DNA of 64,000 bases from Candidatus Collierbacteria bacterium RIFOXYD2_FULL_45_13 (GTDB lineage: Bacteria; Patescibacteriota; Microgenomatia; UBA1400; MFAQ01). The number at the start of each line of letters is the position of its first letter. Within the stretch, counting starts at the first letter, position 1. The position numbers and the translations under genes were made by a program. A model generated the notes under the pieces. That model worked only from the letters and a program-made list of their open reading frames with translations, had not been told where the DNA came from and searched no databases. Shown piece by piece: positions 46,658 to 55,142 of this stretch. The stretch is from contig MFAS01000001.1 of assembly GCA_001774685.1 (NCBI GenBank), positions 351,557 to 415,556 of the forward strand, read 5' to 3'.

Positions 46658-48008
46658 GGAGTTACTTGCCCTAAGTATCCAAACTAAGCCTTGGGATAAA
46701 GATGGGTTTGCCTCTAAAACAAATGCTATCTTGATTCGAAAGTCCCTAGAGAGATTGGGTTCTGTATTTGTGAAGTTGGGGCAGATGTTGGCATTGCGGC
46801 CAGATTTTATCCCTGTCATTTTTTGCAATGAGCTATACAAACTACTAGATCAAGTTCCCCCTTTCGAGTCAAAACTTGCACTAGACATCCTTCGACATGA
46901 GCTCGGAAATAATAAATTCTCAAAACTTCTAGAACTCAATCCCAATCCTGTTGCCTCAGCTTCCTTTGCACAAGTTCATAAAGCAAAATTGGCTAATGGT
47001 GATGTTGTGGCTGTCAAAATTCAAAGACCAAATGTTGAACTGGTGATTCACGGAGATTTAGCAATTATGAGGTTCATGTCAAAATTATTTGATTTTTGGT
47101 TCCACCCAGCAAATAAGTTAATAAACATCGTGGAAGAGTTTGAAGCCTGGACAAAAGATGAGCTTGATTATTCACTAGAGGCCAGCAATATAGAAAAGTT
47201 TAATGACACTGCCGAGCTTGTGGGAGATGGTATTCGTGGTCCAAATGTATACAGGGAACTAAGTACATCTAAGGTGATAACAATGGAATTCATTGATGGT
47301 TACAGCTTAACCAAAATAATTACCCTTTTGCAAGAAGGAAATAAGAAACAAGTTCGAGAGCTTGGTTTTGATGGTAAAGATATTGTCGATAAATTAATCA
47401 AAAATATGTTGGAAATGTCCCATGTTCATGGTTTCTTCCATGCGGACCCTCACCCAGCCAATATTATTTTCACCCTAGAAAAAGAACTGGTATTAATTGA
47501 TTTTGGCATAGTGGGCAATCTTTCAAGAAAAGAAAGAACCCTAATGCTAAGGTACTTCCGAACACTAATGGCAGGCAATGCTAAGGATTCGTTTGATTCG
47601 TTACTTGAACTTTGTGGTAATAAACAACCAGAAAATTTAGACCAAGTCAAAGAACGATATTCTACTTTGATTGATAAGTTTGCGGCAACATTCAGTTCAA
47701 AAACTTACTTGGAGCAACAAATAAAGTCTGGCCCCATTCTAGCCGAAACACTTAGTCTTATGCAAGGTAATGGTATGAAAGTTCCAGTTAGCATTGTCAG
47801 ATACTTCAAGGCATTCGAAACAGTCGAGGGTCTGATTTTTGCACTTTACCCAAAACTACAAATCCAAGATATGCTCAAAGAATTTAGGCGGGTATCAATA
47901 ATAAATATCGTCGATTCCATCCCCACAAAATTTGATTCGGTAAACATTGATTCCTTAATGCTCAAGATTATCGATTCTGTGGAAAAAAGTTTGTTACTTG
48001 ACGACTAG
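46635..48008 (+). CDS. ABC1/UbiB-family atypical protein kinase
   Basis: FVKLGQMLALRPDFIP motif; kinase catalytic motifs. The track ORF (46485) is trimmed to Met51, which overlaps the upstream gene by 23 nt. Confidence 0.7.
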   Translation: MRILQISKELLALSIQTKPWDKDGFASKTNAILIRKSLERLGSVFVKLGQMLALRPDFIPVIFCNELYKLLDQVPPFESKLALDILRHELGNNKFSKLLELNPNPVASASFAQVHKAKLANGDVVAVKIQRPNVELVIHGDLAIMRFMSKLFDFWFHPANKLINIVEEFEAWTKDELDYSLEASNIEKFNDTAELVGDGIRGPNVYRELSTSKVITMEFIDGYSLTKIITLLQEGNKKQVRELGFDGKDIVDKLIKNMLEMSHVHGFFHADPHPANIIFTLEKELVLIDFGIVGNLSRKERTLMLRYFRTLMAGNAKDSFDSLLELCGNKQPENLDQVKERYSTLIDKFAATFSSKTYLEQQIKSGPILAETLSLMQGNGMKVPVSIVRYFKAFETVEGLIFALYPKLQIQDMLKEFRRVSIINIVDSIPTKFDSVNIDSLMLKIIDSVEKSLLLDD

Positions 48009-48047
48009 GAAGACTAGCGGAACAACGTTAAGGGTTACAATAAAAGT

Positions 48048-48344
48048 ATGAGCAAAGCATTTCGACTACTTTTTATTACAATACTAATATTTTCAGCATA
48101 TCATCTGATCCGTGATTTACTCACAAATTTTGGAATTCATAACTATATTGTAGATTTTGCACATCGTCCTCACTTGTGGTGTGGAAAATTTTATCCTTGG
48201 GTTTGTCATTGGATTACAGTTCCTCCTGAGATTTTTACGTTAATAGTGTCAATAATCGTATTAAAGCGAAACAGGGTAGGAGTACTTGGGTTTTTAGTTT
48301 TATTACAAGTACCACTGTGGTTATTATTAGTCTTGTTACCTTAG
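48048..48344 (+). CDS. small 3-TM membrane protein
   Basis: ORF track; hydropathy. Confidence 0.3.
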   Translation: MSKAFRLLFITILIFSAYHLIRDLLTNFGIHNYIVDFAHRPHLWCGKFYPWVCHWITVPPEIFTLIVSIIVLKRNRVGVLGFLVLLQVPLWLLLVLLP

Positions 48345-48350
48345 CAAATA

Positions 48351-48917
48351 ATGTTTCGCTCACTTTTCCAAAAAATTGTAAGACAAAGATCTGAAGTTGT
48401 TATTAGTCGCATCTTTCCATTTCTCAAAGACTCAAAAAAGATTTTAGATATTGGTTCTGGGACGGGTGATGTAGCATTTCTGCTAGGGGAACATGGAAAA
48501 GACGTAACGCCTGTTGATGTTAGCGATTTTCATGGTCCTAGACTTGTAAAAACCACGATCTACGACGGACGAAAACTACCATTTCCGAATAACTCATTTG
48601 ATACTGCCATGCTGCTTATGGTTATGCACCACACCCCTAACCCAGAAATTGTCTTTGATGAAGCATCGAGGGTAGCCAAAGAATTAGTAATTATTGAAAC
48701 TTCATACACGACTCCGATAAACAGATGGTTTACTATAGTCTCTGATGCTCTAGGAAATCTTCGCCTTGAAGCCTTTTGGTCATCATATAAATCTGATTCT
48801 GAGTGGAAGGAACTTTTTGCAAAAAAGAAATTCGAAATAGTTAAAACTCAAAAATATAACGACAGAAATTTTGGTCTCCCATTTCTACACATCGCCTATT
48901 ATTTACGACGAAAATAG
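48351..48917 (+). CDS. class I SAM-dependent methyltransferase
   Basis: ILDIGSGTGDV motif I. Confidence 0.65.
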   Translation: MFRSLFQKIVRQRSEVVISRIFPFLKDSKKILDIGSGTGDVAFLLGEHGKDVTPVDVSDFHGPRLVKTTIYDGRKLPFPNNSFDTAMLLMVMHHTPNPEIVFDEASRVAKELVIIETSYTTPINRWFTIVSDALGNLRLEAFWSSYKSDSEWKELFAKKKFEIVKTQKYNDRNFGLPFLHIAYYLRRK

Positions 48918-49555
48918 TTTTTAACCCACTTCCTCCCAAACTTAATCCATCCAAAATATATTGTGCCAGACGCATAAGCAAAAATCCAACTGATAGCAGT
49001 GAATGATACAGCATCGGTAACTTTAAGAGATATTAGGTACCAAATTATCGTGGCGGGTATCATGCCCAAAGTCGATACCATAAAATATTGAGAGAATTTG
49101 AGATTAGTCAGTCCAAAAGCATAAGAAATTACATCGTGAAATTCCTTCATAAATAATCGAAATACAAAGAGAGTTTGTAATCCATAGTCTTTTGTCAGTC
49201 CGTCTAGCTTTTCTAAGGCGTCCAAACCAGCCACTTTTTCTACTACCTTTCTACCCCAAATCCTTCCTATCCAAAAGTTTGTTATCGAGGCAATCACGGC
49301 AGCGATAAAGGCATAGACCACAGACATTTGTCCGTATAGATAAAATCCAGCGAACAGAAACGGTGAACCACTTAAGGGGGCAGCCACATTTGTTATCCAT
49401 AAGCAGAAAATAAGTAGCACAACACCCCACGGTCCAGCACTTGCCATAGTTGTTCTTATTGTCGTTTCCGGTATCATCGTGCCAATCAAAATCATGATTA
49501 AAAAAGTGAGAACGATCAGAAATATGGGCAAATAGTTTCTTTTGTGAATCTTCAT
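48899..49555 (-). CDS. DedA/TVP38-family membrane protein
   Basis: PLSGSPFLFAGFYLYG motif; multi-TM. Confidence 0.65.
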   Translation of the reverse strand: MKIHKRNYLPIFLIVLTFLIMILIGTMIPETTIRTTMASAGPWGVVLLIFCLWITNVAAPLSGSPFLFAGFYLYGQMSVVYAFIAAVIASITNFWIGRIWGRKVVEKVAGLDALEKLDGLTKDYGLQTLFVFRLFMKEFHDVISYAFGLTNLKFSQYFMVSTLGMIPATIIWYLISLKVTDAVSFTAISWIFAYASGTIYFGWIKFGRKWVKNYFRRK

Positions 49556-49617
49556 GCGATTGGTAAATTATACCCCGCCGATTCTAACTGTTTTGATCAT
49601 TCTCGATCCGTCAATCA

Positions 49618-49642
49618 GCCAAAGTGCCTGCTTCGCAAGCAC
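49618..49642. repeat. solo copy of the repeat-family terminal hairpin (GCCAAAGTGCCTGC-TTCG-CAAGCAC)
   Basis: Matches the 3' end of repeat copies 1 and 2. Confidence 0.4.
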
Positions 49643-49651
49643 GCCTAAATC

Positions 49652-50689
49652 TTATTTGATTGGAGTAAGAGGTAATTGACTGGAAATATATGAAGCAATT
49701 ACTTGCTGGGCAATGGGTTCTACTCTTCGGCCAACCCACGATGCTGCTTTTCCTATATTTCCAAGTAATAACTTAATTTTTTCAATATCATGCGGTTTCT
49801 TGATTTCATCTTGTAACGCACCAAGATTTTTCATTATTTCTTCTTTATTCTCTGGATTTTTCTCGTCAATTTCCTTACGAATACTATCAAAACTTGTGTC
49901 AATATCAGCATTTATGTTTACTGGACTATTGTTTCCAGTAGTTATGTTGATATTGTGTCCATATCTTACTTTTTTAATCATTTCCTTTTTATCATTGCTT
50001 TTAAGACTAATTCCTGTGAGAAATTGTACTCCCTCTGGTTTTATCTTGATACTAATATATGATCCTGTTGAGTCTCTCAATATTTCAATAAAATTATTAA
50101 ACTCTAGAATTTCTAAATTTGAATCTATAGTATTTTTATCAAAGGGAAAGATAGATCTCATAAGGTCAATATGTAAATTCGTGGAATAACTATCTTTTCT
50201 GTGCATATATAGCGGTTCCAATATCGCCTTTGCCATAAGTTCATCGGTCATATGGTCGCCGAACATTTTGATCTGAAATGTTTTTTCCATCGAATCATGG
50301 ACTTTGATATTGTGAATTCTAGAATCTTGCTGACGTCCATCCTCGAGGTCTCGAATAAACCTAAATATGAAACTTTCACTTTGACTTGTAAGGACATCTT
50401 TATCAAATGGAAGGTAGTGTAGTAAGTTCACTAATGCTTCTTCAAGAAATGGTTCTTGGGGAAACTTTTTACTTTTTGGGTCTGCCCACAAATAATCTAA
50501 GAGCATAGACTGTTGGAAGCATATCTTCCCAACAAGCTCCTTATCATTTTCATCATATATTCTAAAAGCGGCAATCCATACTAAAAAATTTCCGTTTACC
50601 TGATTGTTTCTTCCCGTGAGATTTACTGCGTGCGCCGTGTATATGCCACTCCCATTCCTAAATTTTATTTTTTTGAATTCGTCATCCAT
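49652..50689 (-). CDS. hypothetical protein (345 aa), island cargo next to the recombinase
   Basis: AT-rich ORF; no recognisable family. Confidence 0.4.
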   Translation of the reverse strand: MDDEFKKIKFRNGSGIYTAHAVNLTGRNNQVNGNFLVWIAAFRIYDENDKELVGKICFQQSMLLDYLWADPKSKKFPQEPFLEEALVNLLHYLPFDKDVLTSQSESFIFRFIRDLEDGRQQDSRIHNIKVHDSMEKTFQIKMFGDHMTDELMAKAILEPLYMHRKDSYSTNLHIDLMRSIFPFDKNTIDSNLEILEFNNFIEILRDSTGSYISIKIKPEGVQFLTGISLKSNDKKEMIKKVRYGHNINITTGNNSPVNINADIDTSFDSIRKEIDEKNPENKEEIMKNLGALQDEIKKPHDIEKIKLLLGNIGKAASWVGRRVEPIAQQVIASYISSQLPLTPIK

Positions 50690-50856
50690 AATTTACAGCA
50701 ATTCTATATCTTTCAGTATCATAAGTATATGCGTTGTTGATATTTTCAATATAATTTAGTTAATAAAAATCCCGAGCTCGAACACTATAGGAAAAAACCA
50801 ATTTTTGCGTTTTCTGTCATGGCTACTGCGGTAGCCATCGTTCGAACCGATGTTAC

Positions 50857-50959
50857 GGCAGGCGGTGGCGAACCGCGAGACACGAAAGTGTTGAGCGGTG
50901 AGCCAATAGATTAGTAATGGTCCCGAAAATAAGTTCGAATTTCGTTATAACAGACAACA
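50857..50959 (-). repeat. repeat family copy 3 (partial, inverted; first ~100 nt of the core)
   Basis: Reverse complement aligns to the 5' part of copies 1 and 2, then diverges into a unique hairpin ATGGCTAC-TGCG-GTAGCCAT (50824-50843). Confidence 0.5.
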
Positions 50960-50989
50960 CTTCGGGATAAATCGGGAGAGTCGGGGTAA

Positions 50990-51022
50990 GTCGCCCGCGC
51001 GCCCGCCCACGCGCGGAGCGAC
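50990..51022. repeat. 33-bp GC-rich palindromic hairpin, left inverted repeat flanking the recombinase gene
   Basis: GTCGCCCGCGCGCCCGCCCACGCGCGGAGCGAC; the reverse complement recurs at 52563-52596 with 1 mismatch. Confidence 0.55.
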
Positions 51023-51130
51023 GCTCAGTTCTTTAATAATCTGTATCTTTCAAAAAGCGACAGAAAACGCAAAAATAAATTCGGTAAAACTTCTGCGGAA
51101 GTTTTGGGTCTTTTATGGTTAAATGAATGT

Positions 51131-52726
51131 ATGACCAAGTACATTGCGTACTGTCGGAAATCAACAGACGAGAAAGATCGACAAGTTTTGTCGATCGAAG
51201 CCCAGATTGCCGAGCTAAAAGAATTCGCCAAGAGGGAGAAGCTTCACATTGTCGAAATTTTAGTTGAAAGTAAAACCGCCAAAGAGCCGGGGAGGCTTGT
51301 CTTTCAACAAATGATAAAGCTTCTCCAGTCCGGCCAAGCCAACGCCATTCTTTCATGGCACCCAGATAGACTAGCCAGAAATAGTGTCGACGGAGGTCAG
51401 ATAATATATCTCGTCGACACAGGTGTAATTACAGATTTGAAGTTTCCCTCGTTCTGGTTTGAGAACACCCCTCAAGGCAAGTTTATGCTAAACATTGCCT
51501 TTGGCCAGTCTAAATACTATGTCGATAACCTCTCTGAGAATGTTAAGCGCGGTAATCGCCAAAAATTAAGGAATGGCGTTTGGCCGAACAAAGCTCCTCT
51601 TGGCTACAAAAATATTGTCGAGAACAAATCAATTGACATCGATCCGGAAGAAGCCAAAGTCGTCAGAAAAGCTTTTGAAATGTTTGCTGATGAAAAATAC
51701 TCTTTCATTCACATTGCTCGCTTCATGGCACAAGGGGGAATAACAAGCGCCCTCGGGAAGCCTTTGAAGATTGACCAAATCAAAAGTATGCTCCAGAAAA
51801 AATTCTACATCGGCACGATGGAATTTAATGGCGAAGAGTTCAAGGCTTCCCATCCAACTTTCATCAGCAAACAACTTTTTGAAAGAGTCCAAAGTAACAT
51901 TCAAAAGTTTTCTAGACCAAGGGAAACCAGTCACGACTTTGCTTTTTCCGGTTTGATGCGGTGTGGGGAGTGCGGCGCTACCATCACGGCTGAGCAACAC
52001 ATCAAGCACTACAAAAGAACCAATCGCACAGTCAAATATATTTACTATCGCTGTACAAAGAAAATAAAGGCCTGTTCTCAGCCGTATCTGGAAGAAAACA
52101 ATCTCTTTGATCAACTGAAGAGTGAGATTGGCCCCTCCGCCCTCCCCAAATCTTGGCAACGTGAGTGGAAAACTCGATTGGCACAGGATAAAGTCCTAGC
52201 GGATGAGTCCAAAGAAAAAGTTCTCGCCCTGCTTCATACCCAAACCGAAAGTTTTGATACCAAACTAAATACTCTTCTCGATGGATATCTGGACGGCACA
52301 GTTGACTCCGACATCTACAAAACCAAAAAGAGTCAGCTGTTCCAAGAAAAGCTCAAACTTGAGAGCCAGATATCCAAAACAGAAGAAGAAGGTTGTAGTT
52401 GGCTCGAACCTTTTTCTAAGTTTGTAAATAGCGCCATACTGGCGCAAAAAATCGCGCGCAAGGGTTCCGTGGACTCAGAACTGCGGTTCTTCGTCCAAAA
52501 CATCGGTTCGAACTTCTTTTTGAAAGATAAACAGATTATGGTGGAATGGGAAAAGCCCTTCGCATCGCTCCGCGCGTGGGCGGGCGCGCGGGCGACTACC
52601 CCGAAAACGGGCGGGGAATCCCAGAGTGTTGCCGGACTAGGATTCGAACCTAGAATATTCGCCTCCAGAGGGCGACGTCCTACCATTAGACGACTCGGCA
52701 ATACGAGCTCTATTTTACCTCATTAG
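51131..52726 (+). CDS. large serine recombinase (integrase/resolvase type)
   Basis: N-terminal catalytic YCRKSTDEKDRQVLSIEAQ motif, recombinase domain, Cys4 zinc-ribbon CGECG...YRCTKK, coiled-coil region. The ORF has no stop until 52726, so the C-terminus runs through the right IR and antisense tRNA-Gln and the true end is uncertain. Confidence 0.75.
   Translation: MTKYIAYCRKSTDEKDRQVLSIEAQIAELKEFAKREKLHIVEILVESKTAKEPGRLVFQQMIKLLQSGQANAILSWHPDRLARNSVDGGQIIYLVDTGVITDLKFPSFWFENTPQGKFMLNIAFGQSKYYVDNLSENVKRGNRQKLRNGVWPNKAPLGYKNIVENKSIDIDPEEAKVVRKAFEMFADEKYSFIHIARFMAQGGITSALGKPLKIDQIKSMLQKKFYIGTMEFNGEEFKASHPTFISKQLFERVQSNIQKFSRPRETSHDFAFSGLMRCGECGATITAEQHIKHYKRTNRTVKYIYYRCTKKIKACSQPYLEENNLFDQLKSEIGPSALPKSWQREWKTRLAQDKVLADESKEKVLALLHTQTESFDTKLNTLLDGYLDGTVDSDIYKTKKSQLFQEKLKLESQISKTEEEGCSWLEPFSKFVNSAILAQKIARKGSVDSELRFFVQNIGSNFFLKDKQIMVEWEKPFASLRAWAGARATTPKTGGESQSVAGLGFEPRIFASRGRRPTIRRLGNTSSILPH
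52563..52596. repeat. 33-bp GC-rich palindromic hairpin, right inverted repeat
   Basis: Reverse complement of the 50990-51022 sequence (1 mismatch). Confidence 0.55.
52629..52700 (-). tRNA. tRNA-Gln (anticodon CUG)
   Basis: Cloverleaf folded by hand. Acceptor arm 6/7 bp with a U1:A72 pair. D-loop AAUGGUA. Anticodon stem UCGCC/GGCGA with loop CUCUGGA. T-arm CUAGG-UUCGAAU-CCUAG. CCA is not encoded. Confidence 0.7.
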
Positions 52727-52732
52727 ACATAA

Positions 52733-52758
52733 CAAAAGGCCGGATTACTCCGGCCAGA
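52733..52758 (-). terminator. terminator hairpin GGCCGGA-GTAAT-TCCGGCC + TTTTGTT for the minus-strand gene ending at 52762
   Basis: Seen directly in the sequence. Confidence 0.4.
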
Positions 52759-52761
52759 AAA

Positions 52762-53244
52762 CTACCAATCTGGAAAAATTGACTTCCAGCCCCCTTCAGC
52801 CAACTGCTTTCTGATTTTTTCCACCTCTTCCATGACGCCTACGCTATAGACTTCCTCAAAGAGTACCATCATGTCGTCAGGCAGGAAGTCCACGGGCAAT
52901 ACCAAGTTTCCGCAGGAAAAACCCTCAATACTGCTCATGTCTACGCAGAGTAGGGCGATCCATCTCAGTCGTTCCACAGGATCAATTGGCAATAGAATAC
53001 AGCCACTTTCGTAGACAGTTCTAAAGATGTCCATCAGCTTGTGATCTTGCCACCAGAAATGTCCTTGGTCTTGTGCCTCAATCTGAGATAGCCGATCGAC
53101 CACCTCTTCCCTTAGTTTTTCGACCTCCAGCGCCTCCGCCAAGATCTCCGCATTCTGTTTCCCCGGCATTATTGGCGAGAACAAAGAGTTTACCGCAGAC
53201 TCCATTTGGGCCTCCAGCTTGTCGTGTAGAGTGAATGTGCTCAC
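52762..53244 (-). CDS. hypothetical protein
   Basis: ORF track only. Confidence 0.35.
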   Translation of the reverse strand: MSTFTLHDKLEAQMESAVNSLFSPIMPGKQNAEILAEALEVEKLREEVVDRLSQIEAQDQGHFWWQDHKLMDIFRTVYESGCILLPIDPVERLRWIALLCVDMSSIEGFSCGNLVLPVDFLPDDMMVLFEEVYSVGVMEEVEKIRKQLAEGGWKSIFPDW

Positions 53245-53254
53245 CTATTTTACT

Positions 53255-53437
53255 CTATTTACCTGTCTGGACTTGGTCACCTCCTTCCTCGTTTGAGGCT
53301 TCCAGGGCTGCAACCATCTCTATCATTTCTTGTGTCACAAACTCTCCCGCATCGTGTCCCCAAAACTCAATCTCCTGTAAACTAGTTGAATCTTTGACCA
53401 AGCCGGACATTTGAAAAGTTATTTTCTCAACCATCAA
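53255..53437 (-). CDS. hypothetical small acidic protein
   Basis: ORF track only. Confidence 0.25.
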   Translation of the reverse strand: MMVEKITFQMSGLVKDSTSLQEIEFWGHDAGEFVTQEMIEMVAALEASNEEGGDQVQTGK

Positions 53438-53474
53438 ATCTCACCCCCTTCCGGCAAAAATCGTCAAAAAAAAG

Positions 53475-53503
53475 AGGCCCTTCGGCCTTTTTGACGACGT
53501 CAC
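53475..53503. terminator. bidirectional rho-independent terminator (A-tract, GGCC-CTTC-GGCC, T-tract)
   Basis: Downstream of the minus-strand gene 53604..54482. Confidence 0.5.
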
Positions 53504-53603
53504 TTTTTGTATCCTGGTATTTCTTCATTCCCAGAAATCCAGTCTAGTGGAAATCTGCTCACCTGTCAAATCGTTCGTTTGGCTTGCCGGCAAGAGGAAA
53601 ATC

Positions 53604-54482
53604 TTATTTTCTGGCTACAACAATACCGGTTGACCTAAAACTTTCCAGCTCCGCTTCGGAGAATCCAAAGTCACTTTCCCATTTTTCTTTCAGATAGGGG
53701 ATGGTGGAGGATCTTTGGAACAACACTTGCATGCCCAAAAGTTTAAAGATCTGATCGTATTGTTCAAAAGAAACCGGCACATAATTTTCCCCACCTTCTC
53801 TTTCCCAATTATCGGCGTACATGTACTTCAGTAGGAAGTGGTTCAGCTGTTTGATCGTCTTTGTGGGTCCAAAGATTGTTTCAAAATCCGTCAGAAGGTG
53901 CGTGACCTCCTCCTTGGCTATTACCTTATTTTTTGTCTCCTCTACCCACAGTTCGGATTTATCGGCGTAGTCATACAAGATCATGTCCCGCAGAATCAGG
54001 ACACCGCCTTTGTTTAGTGTTTCGTGGGCATCGGAAAGGGCTTTGACAATTGTCGAGATTCCTTCTCCATAACTAAAAAATTCGTGAAGAACAGAACAGA
54101 AGAGAACCACATCAAACCTTTCCGGATTACTCAGCCTCTCTCGCAAATAGCCGTGCTCAAAACTTACATTTTTTCTCTCCCCGATTCTTCCTCGGGCGAT
54201 GTTAATGAAATCCTCGTTCAAATCAATCCCCACAAAACTCATTTCCGGATACATGTCCGCCAGTGCCAAAGTGATGGTTCCGTCTGCACAGCCCACGTCC
54301 AAGAGAGTACTGGCCGCCTGTGGTATGTACTTGGCGATTTTTAGCTTCTCCTGCAGGGGTTTACTCATTCTTTCCAAGTAACGTTGTGGGTTCACTATAT
54401 CTTCCATGGGTTCATTATATTCCATAAGATAGTGTTGACAAGACACTAAAGAGGGTGTATAACATACACTATGACCATACAA
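53604..54482 (-). CDS. class I SAM-dependent methyltransferase
   Basis: LDVGCADGTITL motif I. The start is probably an internal Met (~54425), because the track start overlaps the pnuC start. Confidence 0.6.
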   Translation of the reverse strand: MYGHSVCYTPSLVSCQHYLMEYNEPMEDIVNPQRYLERMSKPLQEKLKIAKYIPQAASTLLDVGCADGTITLALADMYPEMSFVGIDLNEDFINIARGRIGERKNVSFEHGYLRERLSNPERFDVVLFCSVLHEFFSYGEGISTIVKALSDAHETLNKGGVLILRDMILYDYADKSELWVEETKNKVIAKEEVTHLLTDFETIFGPTKTIKQLNHFLLKYMYADNWEREGGENYVPVSFEQYDQIFKLLGMQVLFQRSSTIPYLKEKWESDFGFSEAELESFRSTGIVVARK

Positions 54483-55142
54483 AACTTCTTTGGGGTGGAT
54501 ACCATCTTCTTTACCCTTCTCAACTACCCCATGAGCTATATCGAGTTCTTTGGCACCATTTTTACGGGCTGGTCCGTATACCTTTCCGCCAAGAACAAGG
54601 TTATTTCCTGGCCAGTTGGGCTGGTTGGGGTCGTTCTATACGGTTTCTTGTTTTACCAAATCCAGCTTTATTCCGACCTTTTCGAGCAGCTCTACTACCT
54701 TCTCACGGGCTTCTGGGGTTGGTGGGTCTGGACTCACCCGGCGGCCAAAGAAAGAGATACCAACAGCGAGCTGGTCATTAGCCGGACCAGTCGAAACTTC
54801 AACCTGATCGGGTTAGCCTCCATCGTCATTCTTACCTTTTCTTTGAGCAGTTTTATGTCCAACATTCACTTGATTTTCCCGGTACTGTTTCCCGTTGCCG
54901 CTTCATTTCCCTTTATGGATGCCTTCACCACCGCAGCCAGTTTTGTCGCCAACGTCTATCTGGTCAAAAGAAAAATTGAGAACTGGTATCTGTGGATTAT
55001 TGTCGATATCATCGGTGTCTTTCTCTACTATCAAAAAGGAGTCATATTCCTCGCTCTGTTGTACGTCTTCTTCTTGATAAACGCCTTCAAGGGAGTTTAC
55101 GACTGGTCAAAAACTCTCAAAGGATATGCCAAAAAAGTTTAG
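54471..55142 (+). CDS. pnuC: nicotinamide riboside transporter PnuC
   Basis: 7-TM PnuC pattern; LTGFWGWWVW motif; 17-nt overlap with the downstream nadR-like gene. Confidence 0.7.
   Translation: MTIQNFFGVDTIFFTLLNYPMSYIEFFGTIFTGWSVYLSAKNKVISWPVGLVGVVLYGFLFYQIQLYSDLFEQLYYLLTGFWGWWVWTHPAAKERDTNSELVISRTSRNFNLIGLASIVILTFSLSSFMSNIHLIFPVLFPVAASFPFMDAFTTAASFVANVYLVKRKIENWYLWIIVDIIGVFLYYQKGVIFLALLYVFFLINAFKGVYDWSKTLKGYAKKV

Larger units (their letters stand above)
39585..52700. mobile_element. putative tRNA-Gln-associated genomic island(s) with large serine recombinase and internal repeat copies
   Basis: tRNA at the right edge, adjacent recombinase, repeats at 39585, 45747 and 50857, AT-rich cargo. 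Confidence 0.4.

Noticed and set aside
50816-50870. Possible second tRNA (T-arm-like CAUCG-GUUCGAA-CGAUG next to hairpin ATGGCTAC-TGCG-GTAGCCAT)
   Set aside because: No acceptor, D or anticodon stems could be paired by hand. Treated as part of the degenerate repeat.
52560-52726. C-terminal 55 aa of the recombinase ORF (..AWAGARATTPKTGG..GFEPRIFASRGRR..)
   Set aside because: This is translation through the GC hairpin and antisense tRNA-Gln because no stop codon intervenes. It is probably not a functional domain, but no in-frame stop exists, so the feature end follows the ORF track.
54400-54480. Looked for a NAD+ riboswitch (pnuC motif) upstream of pnuC
   Set aside because: pnuC starts inside or adjacent to the divergent methyltransferase gene, leaving no room for a structured leader.
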